Positions 52,239 to 64,000 of a stretch of 64,000 nucleotides of DNA are shown one piece after another; position 1 is the stretch's first letter, and every line of letters begins with the position of its first letter. Both the position numbers and the translations under genes were made by a program. A model generated the notes under the pieces. That model searched no databases and was not told the origin of the DNA. It saw only the letters and a program-made list of their open reading frames with translations. Source of the DNA: Paraspadella gotoi (taxonomy: Eukaryota > Animalia > Chaetognatha); contig CM119267.1 in the NCBI GenBank assembly GCA_051294375.1, forward strand, positions 9,598,339-9,662,338, given 5' to 3'.

Positions 52239-53781
52239 TGGTTGGTAGTGAGGAAGTCAAAAAGGCGAATGAAGTTACATTTCTTTTCGATTCCATTTCA
52301 CTTCATACATTTTAATGGTAAATAAATGTAGGGAGGGAGATAGAGACAGAGAGATAGAGACAGAGAGAAAGAGGACGGGACAGGAAGGACTGGGGGGGAA
52401 AAGAACGCCCCGCTCCGAATTTATTTCATTCGCCGCAAACAATATATATATTTTTAGCTCAATGGGCTAGGTCGGGTCTTGAATAACTACACACAAATAA
52501 AAAAATAAACAAGCAAACCAAAAAAAATCAGAATGGCATTTGGCTAGCCAATTTCAAGTAGAAAGAGGATCGGTCATATTATCCAAAAGCGCTCCATTTG
52601 AGATTAATTTTTAGAGATTATGGATTAGCGGTTAGGTATTAGGGTTAAGGATTAGGATTAAGATTAAGTTGACAGATAAGGAACAGAAATTTCGAAAAAA
52701 AAAGAAGTTTAAATATAGAATATAGATTATAGATTATAGATTGAAAACAAAAATATGTTTTACATTGTTTAACAAGCAAATAAAAAATCGCATCAATGTC
52801 AATCGCCATGTACTGTGTAGTATTGTGTGTACTGTGTTCCACGACAAAAGAAAAGAACGTCCTTTTTGTCGACCTCAATTTTTTTCGTATTTTTGATTAT
52901 TTGGCAAATAATAGAATTCCCATTCTTAGCGTTGCGCTTCGCCGCAAAAAGCCCAGAAGCGCGAATTCCCAACTCGCGCGTAATTCGTAGTAAACGCATC
53001 AAATGCCGTAAAACATTTTTCTTTTCTTTTTCCTCTTTCTTCATAAAAAGAAAAAAAATGTTAAAACCAGCATTTTTCTGCTTCTTCAATCGTTAGCCAA
53101 TAGACACGTTCTATTGAACATTTTCTCAAATGTAAATCGAAAGAAATATAAACAATCCTAAAACAACTTTAAATTAAGTTTTATTACAAAAGCAAACATG
53201 GGTGACTAAAACAAAAATCAACCATTTTTTTTTCCGATACGAAATACTTGAAACACTCGTCCGCCAGATAATTTCCGAATTTTCTCGATAAACCTCTACC
53301 GCCGGGGGTCGTTGCAATCGGGTCGTTCACCCTCCGAGTTCCATTTTCCACAGTGGCTGCGCGTCGGTCCTCTGATCAAATCCGCTGCGCACTCGCGGTC
53401 CTTCGCGCCTACATTAGCAATAAAAAAAAACTGGGAGGTCGATGAACTAGTTGCCGGCGCTCGACATTCTGGCCATGAGTTCGTGACAAGAAAAAAAAAA
53501 TCCAACGCGCCATGTTTTTTTTGTAAGATAACCTAATAGAAAAAAATAGTGTCTAGACAATTCAAAGACCTGTTTGTGCCTCGACTTCTTTCGAGGCGAC
53601 GAGAGCTTAGATTTCAGGGAACGACCTGCGCGCGACCTTTGCCGAAGTTTCACAAGTTTTTTCTCGACTACTATTTCTTTTATTTTTATTTACTTTTCTT
53701 TTGGCCTTTGAACCGAAAGTTTAGTTGTCTTTCCCTACTGGCAAGTCCAGGAGTTTTTTCAGCTCATCTTTCTCACTTCCA

Positions 53782-53858
<77 letters not shown>

Positions 53859-56800
53859 ATTCATTTTAACCATCGTTTGAAATTTCTCAATTTTTGCTTG
53901 CCACCGGCCAGACATTTTTAATTTCTTCCATTACCCTTACTCTGTTATTACCTTTATCAGATTTCTTCCTCATTTCGCTCTTGCATTTCCCCTTCCTCGC
54001 CTCCATAATCTTACCGCCTCATTCCCCCGGCCTAGAAAATCCAAATAAACTCAGAAACCGGGAGCGATAACCGGGGAAATCCATTCCGACCATCGTCTTC
54101 TCCTTTTCACCCCCTTTCCAAATTCACCCCCCCCCTCTTGTCCGGAACGAACTTGTTTGCGGTTCTGTCTCAAAGTCTTTTCTTTTACTTTCCTTTCTGT
54201 TTCCTTTTTTTTAATTTTCCTGTTTCTTGTTTTCTCTTTTCTTTCCTTTACACTCTTTATCTTTATTTTGCTTTATTGTGCTTTGCTTGGCTTTCCTCTA
54301 CTTTCCAATCCTTTCCTATCCTTTATTTTCTTTTTCTTGATTAATTCTTTATTTACCTTTCCTTTCTTTTTTTTCATTTTTCTTCACCTTCTTTTCCTCT
54401 AATTTCTTTTTTTATTTCCTCTACTTTTCATTCATTTTCTTTTTTTCTTTTCTCTCCTTTTTCCTTTTTTTAAAAATTTTACTACAAACCTTCTACAACC
54501 TTTTTTCATTTCCTTTTATTTCCTTTCCTTTTTTCCTCTCATTAACCTTTCAATACTTTTAATTTCATTTTATTTTTTCTCTTTTTCCCCCCTCTTTCCT
54601 TGTCCTTCTCTTTATTTTCTTTTTCCTTTTTCATTCTGTTCCTCTCCTTATTTTCTTTTCCTTTTCTCTTGCTTTTGCCTCCGCCGATAACGGAGGCAAA
54701 CTTTGGCGAACTTCCCTGGACTTTAAGATGAGGGGAGATAAAAGGATAAGAGATGCGAAAGCCCGCTCGCCGAAGACGAAGAGGCCCGAGACATCGTAAT
54801 GGATCCGCAATTTTCCCGATCGAACCTTTAATGCTTATTTCCTGTTTAAGCTATTTTGTCTGTACAATTACACATATTGTTCGTTGGTACATAAATAAGC
54901 AAACTAAAAATAATTCCTCCCTATTATACTGACGCGATTTTCTCTCTTCGGTACATCTCGCTTTTTTTTTTGCTTTAAATTGACGAACCTAGCTACTAAT
55001 GGGCCCATTCTCGTAACTATATATGCAGAAGCGGGGAAAGAGAACTAGGCAAAGCTCTCTCGCCCGTCGCGGATATCTCTATCCGAAACGGTCCCTTTGA
55101 AATGAAAAGGACGAGGGGGTATTTTTCCCTGGGAAGCGAAATAAAAAGAATATACTGAGAAAAAAAAAAGAGAAATATCCCGAGATTATTATCGTTCATC
55201 CTCCCGCCGTCCTATTCCCCCCCCCCTACGCCTCCCCGTCCTGCTCCCCTCAGCCAGCGTGACAACCGTCTGATTCAGAGAAATAATAATTATATTGTGG
55301 CGGTATGTTCACTCCGCCTTACATCCATATTATAATTTAATAATTATATAATATATTATATAAATATCATAATTATATTTTTCCCTGATCCGCCCCTTTT
55401 TTTCTCCCGCCTCGGACCCTACACGGACCCCACCTGGACCCTTTAAAAACTTTCACTCCCCACGACATTCCGACCTGAAATGTTTTCCTTTAGATTTTTC
55501 ACTCCGCTCGATCCTGGACCACCTCCTCTTCATCTTCTTCTTCTTCCTCCTCCTCCTCCTCGTCTTGTATTTTGACTTGCGTAATGTCGTCAAAGACCTC
55601 GGTGAAAAATCGACGTTAATGGGCTCAAGGGGGAAGGAGGGGCGGCGGGAAATTGGGGGGATGAGGAGCAGGGGGGAAGAGTCGGGGAGGGAAGAGGAGC
55701 GGGCGAAAAGGGGGTCAAATGAGAAGGGGAGCGGAGAAAGGAGTCTTTACGGAATTTCGAGCTCAGAGAGACTAGTGATGTTTCCGGGTCAACTCTGAGA
55801 AGCAGATACGGCGAGCTTCACCATCAAAGACTGTTTTGTCCGCATGTTACAATTGTTACATTCCTTAGATCTTATGGACCAACTAGTACGTAAAGATTCA
55901 AAGAAAATCATTGTTCGTCATTAAAGAAGAGGAAAATACGGTGTCAAGATGAGAAAGAATTGAAAAAAGTAGAGTAATTTGATGGTAATGTGAAAGGAAT
56001 GTAAAAATGAAAATGAAATCGGTACATCCCCTCAAAAAATTAATCTCTTCATTCAATAAATAAGCTATCTGGCCCCTGACTTTAAACAGGCTATTTCATT
56101 CTATTACGGAACATTCATTGCGACATTTGTAAATTCTGATTTAGAAATTATAAGAACGATTCAAGCCAAGAAGTGTGAAAGAGAAAGTTGGGTAGGAAGA
56201 AAAGTTAAAAGCGAGTCCATTTTCGACAAGAGCAGAGGAAGGAAGAAAAAAAAATTTTCGCGAAACAAATTTGGAGAGAAAAGTAAAACGAAATTCTGAG
56301 CCGAAACTCGTTTCTCCACGATCCTCCACGCCCCCACCTCCCTTTTTTTTTTTTTGAAAAACGAGCGCGGAATGAGGTTGTTTCCACGGATTGCCCATAA
56401 CCGCCCGTCTCGAGTGCCGCTCATCTCCTCTATTATTCGCCAATCATCGTCTTTTCGTCGTTGTTGACTTCGCCGTCGTCGTCGTCGTCGTTGTCTTCGT
56501 CGTCGTCGTCTTAATATCCTCTTAGCCGTTCTACTTATTAGCAGTTATGTTGTCTTCGTCGTCGTTAACTCCCTTTTCGCCGTCTTATTTATATCGTTGT
56601 TCTGCTGTTGTGTCGTAATGTTATACGACTTGTTGCGTCGTAATATTTTTTATTTCTATTTTTCGAGAGCGCTTTCGAAAATGAACCAAGTGACATAAAA
56701 TTAGCTCTGAGCTCGAATTGAGAAACCTTACGTTGCAATGATATTGTGTAGGAAAGATCGGAAAGAAGCGATAAAAGAGAAAGATGTTCTCTTTCTTTTA

Positions 56801-57500
56801 AATTAAATTAAATTTTGTTTATTTTTCTATATGTATAACTTAAATGTCATTGTCATTATGTAAATTGACCACAGTCGATTAACTAGGTCGCCACGATATC
56901 CAACCAAGCGCAACCTTTGTATTCCCTCAGGTCCGCGTAAAAAGAAACGACTCCGACCTTTTAAGTTTTAACGACATGCTTAAAATCTCTCACCTCCCCC
57001 CCCCCGCAAACCCCCGCCAGTGTTAAGCGAAGTTTATCTTAAAGATTCTTCGGCGCAGACTGCGCTACTTTTCTCACATCTTTCGCCACTTAGCACACAC
57101 TTTTTGCCAATTTAAGCGCGTCATTACGGAGCGAGCAATTGCCGGCACATTTACTCCGGCGTCGTAACCTTGGAACTCGCCGCCGGGGCTTTTTAGTCGA
57201 GAAAGTCGCGAGAATATTTTCAATTTTAGAAAACGTGAATTCAGATTATGTGTTTAAGACACATGTGTCGTAAGTCGCATTGTTGTGGAAAGACGACATC
57301 TTAAATTGTGCATTCACTATGTGAGTTATCAAACAGGTTTTGCCAATCATTATTATCTTTTTTTAACGTTTAATTGTAGTATTCTCCTAATTTATGAATT
57401 TAAAATTTAATTTTATGAATTATTAATATCAACGATGCCCACTAGGGTTGAGTCCATATGCCAAAAAAGTTTTGAATCGCAAAAACATCTAACACAAAAA

Positions 57501-60500
57501 CAGGGTGGGCCTAAAAAAATAGGTTTCCACCAATCAACTACTACTGCTCCAATTGATTGAACAACCCTTAGCGCTACCAAGCGCTTGAAGGATTTTTGGC
57601 ACACCTTTCACATCATAATTCTCTGGTGCCTAAAATATAAAGATTTATTGTCGACCACTTATTTAAATCAGTTAGACAAATCTATGGAGTTAATTCCATA
57701 TCAATTTGTCAAGACAAAACTTACATCAATATAGCTTACAACATCATTCAGCAATCTGGCTCGGAAGGGAGGTAAGAACCATTATAATGATGATCTATAT
57801 GCTTTTTAAGTTGGGGGAGTAGCAACAAAGTGTTTCTATATTAGTTTTTATTCACAAATAAGCTGCTCTAAATGATAAAATAAAGTTTTTTAAAAAAATA
57901 TCAGTGTAGTCCACATCCTGGGAGATTTTTTTCTGTACTAACACTATAATATACTAAAAATATACACCAAAATATTGATATTAATAATTTCTAATACTAG
58001 TATTAAATAAGTTAAAGCTAAGATCAGGGTAAAACTGGTTTGAAATAAATTTCATCTGAATTGATCCATACTCTGCAAGGAAGCCTTCTATTTTAAACAT
58101 CCTTGAATTAAATTCCACATGCTATCAATCTGATAAAAAATAAAAATTATACTTTCAAAAAAAAGCTTTATTAGTTGCCAAACAACCCTTGGGTTCAATG
58201 TTTATTTCAGTATATTAAGAGTAAACATTTCTTCCATGCTCTGTAGAGCTTCCCCAATAAAGTATAAGGATGTGGACGAATGGTTGCAGGTGAAAAATTT
58301 CTTTTATGAAAGCCATTCACATTTTAATTAAAAATACAATTTTGTTTTTATAACTAAACCCTCAATCACATTGATATATATGATTGAGATGTGCTCAACA
58401 AAATCTTATGTGGATTTTACTCGTACCAGACTGCTTGAAGGATGATAAAATATATATTAAAATATTTCTAATTTTAATTATTTTGATGATCAAATTTTGC
58501 TAAAAATTATGATCGATTAATGAATACTTATATTAGTTTTCAGTATTAATAATAATTCGTAGGATAACAAACATATTTTGTTTCCGCGATTGTATTTTTT
58601 AAATTTTTTTTATTTTAATAACAAAAATGATATTCACATAATTCTAAAAACAGTAACGCTAGAAAATATTTTCTCCGCGAAACAAATAATAGGTAAGATT
58701 ATTAATTGGAAATTTTTAATAATTTTGGAAAAAATTTACAATTGACTTTTGGACAAACAAATAAATTGCTCTCTTTGAATCGTTCGTTTTTTGAAAAATT
58801 CTGATTATTTTTTAAATTCTAAAACTTTATTATCGCATTTAATCCCAAAATACAATAAACTAACTTGGCCTACATTTTTCTGTGGCCCGTTTGGGGGCAG
58901 CTACTCTCTCCTCTCTCCTCATCCTGACGACTCTCTCTCTTCTCTGTCTCTCTGTCTCTCTCTCGTCTTCTGTCCTCTCTCTCTCTCTCTACTCTCTATT
59001 TGATCGATGGCGTCTTAATTCCGATTTCGAAAGATCGCACAAACCCGCTAGTGTTCGTACACTCCTCTCTCTCTCTCTCTCCTAAATTGACTCATCGCAT
59101 CAATGAATGATATCATCGCAATCAATGAATTAATTATCATCACCATCAATGAAGGATATCATCGCACAATGAAATGATTATTCATCGCATTCAAATGATG
59201 ACTTATTATCGCACTATCTCTTGCGTGATCGTTTCGTTTTTTTAAAAATTCAGATTTTTTTTTTTTCTTCTAAATTTTTATCACGCGCTTTTTAGTATTA
59301 CAGCCACTAACCACAAGCATCTTCAGAAGACAAATATGGTATTAACCAAATACTTGGTTTTAATTGTATAAATGCAAGCAATCCATATCCTGGTCTCAAA
59401 TAATTTGTAATGGGAATTAACATCGATTGTTATCAAAAAGAAAAGAATAATAAGATAGAGCCAATAGCATATTTATATACAGATTTATATTCTTCCAGAG
59501 AAAGTCTATTTTCATACTGTAATCCAGTGTTAATGTTGTTGGATTGAAAAACCTTAAATTTTTTTCCAACAATTCGAATAATGCCAGAGATTGTAATGCT
59601 ATATGCCGATCCATTTTATTTTACTGCCTATTTTTTGTCCGGTTTATGATTTCAACTACCCAACAAATGTAATCTATAAGTTATACAAGTTTCATAATGA
59701 GCAGTAAGGAAGTTGAAATGTGTGTCATTTCTTTGTTTCATATCGATTACAAGTATTTTTTTGGTTGAAATTTCGCACTTCATTATGGATTTACTGCAAA
59801 TAATGCAATTAGATTACTAGTAACTTTTTCATTAATTTTCATTTAACTACTATACCCAAGGCGAGAATCCTTCATACTTTAAGATTTTTTTTTGGCAAAT
59901 TGATTATCAAAATAATTAAATAGAAATATTTTATATAATAATTTGTCGCCATCCTTCAAAGCAAGTCTGTAACGAAAAAAATCCACTAGGATGTGAACGC
60001 ATCTCATCCAAATAATATCAATGTGATTTAGGGGGTTTAGTTATAAAAACAAAATTGTGTTTTAAATTAAAAGTGAAAAGGCTTATCAAATAAAGAAATT
60101 TCACCTGCCAACATTTCGTACCACATCACTTCAACTTATTGGGCGAAGCCCTACAGAGCAATGTGAAGAATGTTACTCTTAATACTAATGAAATAACATT
60201 GAACCCAAAAGTGTTTTGGGCAACCTAAAATAAAAAGCTTTTTTATGAAAGTAATAAATGTTTTATTTTTTTCAGATTGATAGCATTGGAAGATTTATTC
60301 AAGGGATGTTTAAAAGGAAGCTCCTTTGCAGAAGTTAGTGAATCAATCAAGATGAATTTATCAAACAGTTTTACCCTATCTTGCTTAACACTTATTAATA
60401 CTATATTAGAATTAAACTACAATATTTCGGTTTTGTATATTTTTAGTATAATTAATAGGTTTTGTACAGAAAATCATCCAGATGTGACACACTGATGATG

Positions 60501-60903
60501 TTTTTAAAAAACTTATTTTATCATTTAGAGCACCTTATTTTGTGAATAAAACTACATAGAAAATTTGTGCTCTCCACAACTTAAACAGATCATAGACATC
60601 AATATAATGGCTTCTAACCTCTCCAGCAGATTCGCTGATGATGTTGATCCAGACTTATTTGATGTAGTTTTTGGTTCCTCGATGGAAAATTGATACTGAA
60701 TTAACTCATAGATTTTTTGCTAAACTGATAAATAAGGTTTGGACAATAAAATCTTGTTATATTTTAGACACAGTGAATTATGATGTGAAAGGTTCCAAAT
60801 CCTTCAGGCTGGTAGCGCTATAGGGTGTTCAATCAATTTTGAGTAGTGATTTCGGGTGGGAGGAGAGACCTTAATGTCCTCATTGCTTTGTAGGCCCACC
60901 GTG
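57501..60903. mobile_element. 3.4 kb element with ~1 kb inverted arms (57501-~58505 and ~59888-60903), probable non-autonomous DNA transposon
   Basis: Ends CAGGGTGGGCCTA...TAGGCCCACCGTG. Colinear reverse-complement blocks run along the arms (e.g. aattgattgaac, cctttcacatcataattc, tttattcacaaataag, caattttgtttttataactaaacc). No TSD or transposase ORF was recognised. Confidence 0.7.
59092..59213. repeat. ~22-bp degenerate tandem repeat (ATCATCGCAATCAATGAATGAT), about 5 copies
   Basis: Recurring atcatcgca..caatgaa inside the spacer of the long inverted-repeat element. Confidence 0.7.
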
Positions 60904-61718
60904 TTTGTTGTATGAATAAGCGCGAGACGTATGCGCTTAGTGAGACAGAAGGAATTCATCAAAAGAATTTTGGTCATTGTAGGCTACGATCACCCTAACG
61001 CTGATTGAGGGCCCCGGGTAGCATCGTGTAACTCGGTTTAGTGACCAGGCGAAGAATGGTTTTGTAAAAACATGATCTAAAGCCACAATAAAAACAAATT
61101 GGATTAAGTGAGATGCCCGCAGATATGACGTGAAGCGTTGCAACATTAAATAACCGAGGATTGCCAGCAGCCGGAGTTGGCTTCTCTATTCATAAATTTA
61201 AAAGACTGAGAGGAGCAAGGCTCTCTGTAAGAAACAAAGTAAGAGTTATCCTCTTCTCTTGCTCGCTCTTCTTCTCTCTCCCTCTCTCTCTCCTCTCTCT
61301 TCTCCTCTTCTCACTCTCTTCTCGTTCTCGTCTCTCATCTCTCTATTCCTCCCTTCTTCCTCAAAAAAAAGAATCAGTAATTAAAACTGTTATAAAATGG
61401 CGAATGTAGTCTCACTTTATTTAGTCGACGGGAGACTGTTAACGGACGCAAAGACAACACGCAGCGCCAGGTGAAAGGTCCGTTTGTTAGCAAAATGGAA
61501 TCATTCTGAAGTGGCAGTCGGTAGATGTCCGCAAAGAAAAACCTCAGTGTGGTACTGATTGATGAGAAGAGATGCGAGAACGGTGTTTTTCCCTCANNNN
61601 NNNNNNNNNNNNNNNNNNNNNTTTTTTTTTTTTTTTAATATTTAAAAAGACGGCTCTCTTTCTTTCTCTCCCTCTCTCCCTTACTCTTTTAATATCTTTC
61701 TCTTTTTAACCCTATCAG

Positions 61719-61860
61719 GAGTTTGGGTGACATCCCTGCTGGTGATGCTCCCCCTCATTATTTACTCCAAAACTCACCCCAACTTTGTCTACCCCGGGAA
61801 AAAGACTTGTACCATCATTTGGCCTCAGGACGGGAGGACCGTGCAAGAGGTTTTCACCTG
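61719..61860 (+). CDS. AstC/somatostatin receptor-like GPCR, exon 6 (TM4, ECL2)
   Basis: (G)VWVTSLLVMLPLIIYSKTHPNFVYPGKKTCTIIWPQDGRTVQEVFT(W): TM4 W..S....LP and ECL2 C...WP. Phase 1 start matches exon 5; atcag / gtgag boundaries. Confidence 0.9.
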
Positions 61861-62305
61861 GTGAGCTTAACTGGGGGGATCACGAGACGTTCGGCGGGCC
61901 TTTATTAGTGGCGATGTACGACTGTCCGTCAGTTAACGTTATACTCACACGGCACTCTACCCTTTGATTGTTTGATTATTTATCGTAAATAAAAATTTTA
62001 TGCTAGACTTATGGGTTTTTAACGACTATAAATTAGTCAAAAATTTATCAACGTTTAGCTTTTCTACTTTGAAGAAAAACATATTCTTGAGAAAATAATA
62101 CAATTATTGTTAAAAGCCTTACCTTGTCTTTTAGATCAATTAATAATTATTCATTATTGGCCCAATTAACGATATACGATAAATAATAATGTTTTCATAT
62201 ATATCCCGTAAGTTTTTCAACCTCAATGAAATTCAATTTCCGCCTCTCTCTCCAAACCTACCTATTTCTCCTCCCCCCCCCCGCCCCACCCTTTTTACAA
62301 TTCAG

Positions 62306-62392
62306 GTACAGCTTCGTTCTCGGCTTCGGCGTTCCCCTCGTCATCATCATCCTCTTTTACTCGCTCGTCATCCATAGATTGATGAATACAGG
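62306..62392 (+). CDS. AstC/somatostatin receptor-like GPCR, exon 7 (TM5), truncated by an N gap
   Basis: (W)YSFVLGFGVPLVIIILFYSLVIHRLMNTG: TM5 Y.F.LGF..P..II...Y pattern. Phase 2 start matches exon 6. TM6-7 are not visible in the window. Confidence 0.9.
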
Positions 62393-64000
62393 NNNNNNNN
62401 NNNNNNNNNNNNNNNNNNNNNNNNNNNNNNNNNNNNNNNNNNNNNNNNNNNNNNNNNNNNNNNNNNNNNNNNNNNNNNNNNNNNNNNNNNNNNNNNNNNN
62501 NNNNNNNNNNNNNNNNNNNNNNNNNNNNNNNNNNNNNNNNNNNNNNNNNNNNNNNNNNNNNNNNNNNNNNNNNNNNNNNNNNNNNNNNNNNNNNNNNNNN
62601 NNNNNNNNNNNNNNNNNNNNNNNNNNNNNNNNNNNNNNNNNNNNNNNNNNNNNNNNNNNNNNNNNNNNNNNNNNNNNNNNNATAAGAAAAGGTAATGGAA
62701 TAAGGAATAAAGATCGAAAAAAGAAAGCATAAAAAGAAAAAAGAAAACAACATAAAAAAAAAAAAAAGCCAGCCCTACCCACACTTTGAGAAAACGGATG
62801 GTGCTAAACCCTTCATCCTCTTAGAGTCTAACTTAGACTTAACCTAAGTTAGACTCAGACTTCGCATCTTTAATCGAACTCGCGAGTTTCGACGATTGAC
62901 TTTTCCTTTCAACTTTCTTCTTTTTACATTTTTCTTCTTTTTTTTTTCTCTCTCGGATCGATCGCGAACATCGTTAGCTCGAAGGTTCGCCGCGAATTTG
63001 AACTCCTTTAAGTTCAACGGCCGAATTTTCTCACCTCTTCCTCCACCTCCACCTCCACCTCCACGCCCCAGAACCAAAATTTACCTTGAAATTCGATTTA
63101 CGGAAACGAGAACAACCGGCTGGGTACTATACTAAACGCCCTCTTCGGGCTGATTTCGTAAAATATACTAAAAAAAAACTGCGCGTAGGGGTGGGACCGT
63201 GGGAGTTAAGACGCTTTCACAATTTATCATGCACCACTTTCCATTAATGTCCGATGGAAGAGCGAACGAAACACAGCAGCAAATCCAGCATCCGCAAAAA
63301 AACGTCACTTTACCGACCTCAGAACACTGTAAAGAACCACCTGTCAAAAATGAAACAAATATATTAATTTAAAAATATCCAACATAAAAATTTTTCCATT
63401 CATTTAATAAATAAGCTTTCGCCCTGACTTTGTACAGGCTTTGGTGACCTCACTATACACTACTTATGCATCAGAATTATATACACACCTATAATACATA
63501 CACTTATCACTATCGTCCCATTCTTCATCGAAACCTCTTCTAAATCCCGTTTCTCCTCCCACCTGTTTTCTAACCCCTCCTTCCCGCCGCAGGAAGCCCC
63601 GCTCTGGCGAGTCTCCTCTCTTACTCAATTCAATCAAATATATACAATTATATATCTCTGAAACTCTCGGCATCGTACGAGTGAAGTTCAAATGATCTAT
63701 GGGCATGAAAGCATAGAGAAATCGTGAGCAGGGCGCGGAGCTTCGAGTTCTCGCCTCTCTCGCCGCGAGCAGAGCATTCGTAGTTTGATGTTGAAATTTA
63801 GATAGAAACTAGTCTCTAATTCTGAAGAAGAAATGATGCCAGGTCTGAAGTAAATATAGTTATATAGTTAGATGAAGAGAGCACTATGACAATTATATGG
63901 ATGAAATACTAAACGAATTCACTTCTATCTCCAGTTCAATACTCAAATGTAAAGTGTACTCGCTTGAAGTTGGAACACATGCATCTCAAGAATTATTTAT

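Noticed and set aside
62682-64000. GPCR TM6-TM7 exons
   Set aside because: No CWxP or NPxxY-encoding exon found after the gap; these probably lie in the gap or beyond the window.

Overview
Eukaryotic (animal, probably protostome invertebrate) draft scaffold. It is AT-rich, dense in (AG)n/(CT)n and (GTC)n microsatellites, shows no obvious CpG depletion, has GT-AG introns and contains five N gaps. Two protein-coding genes can be reconstructed by hand on the + strand. (1) A compact flavin amine/L-amino-acid oxidase-family gene with three coding exons (20890-23046, about 656 aa, no signal peptide). (2) An allatostatin-C/somatostatin-type class A GPCR with at least 7 phase-compatible exons from 31047 to the gap at 62393 (N-terminus to TM5). 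Inside the GPCR, about 10.4 kb (31401-41801) is repeated in inverted orientation (41946-52205) around N gaps; the second copy is indel-rich and is most likely a redundant mis-oriented contig. The rest holds hAT-like MITEs with 8-bp TSDs, a 3.4 kb element with ~1 kb inverted arms, a tRNA-derived SINE, probable Penelope-like remnants with degenerate minimal hammerhead motifs, and several minisatellites. Most ORFs in the supplied track are microsatellite or low-complexity noise. No CRISPR or prokaryotic system is present.
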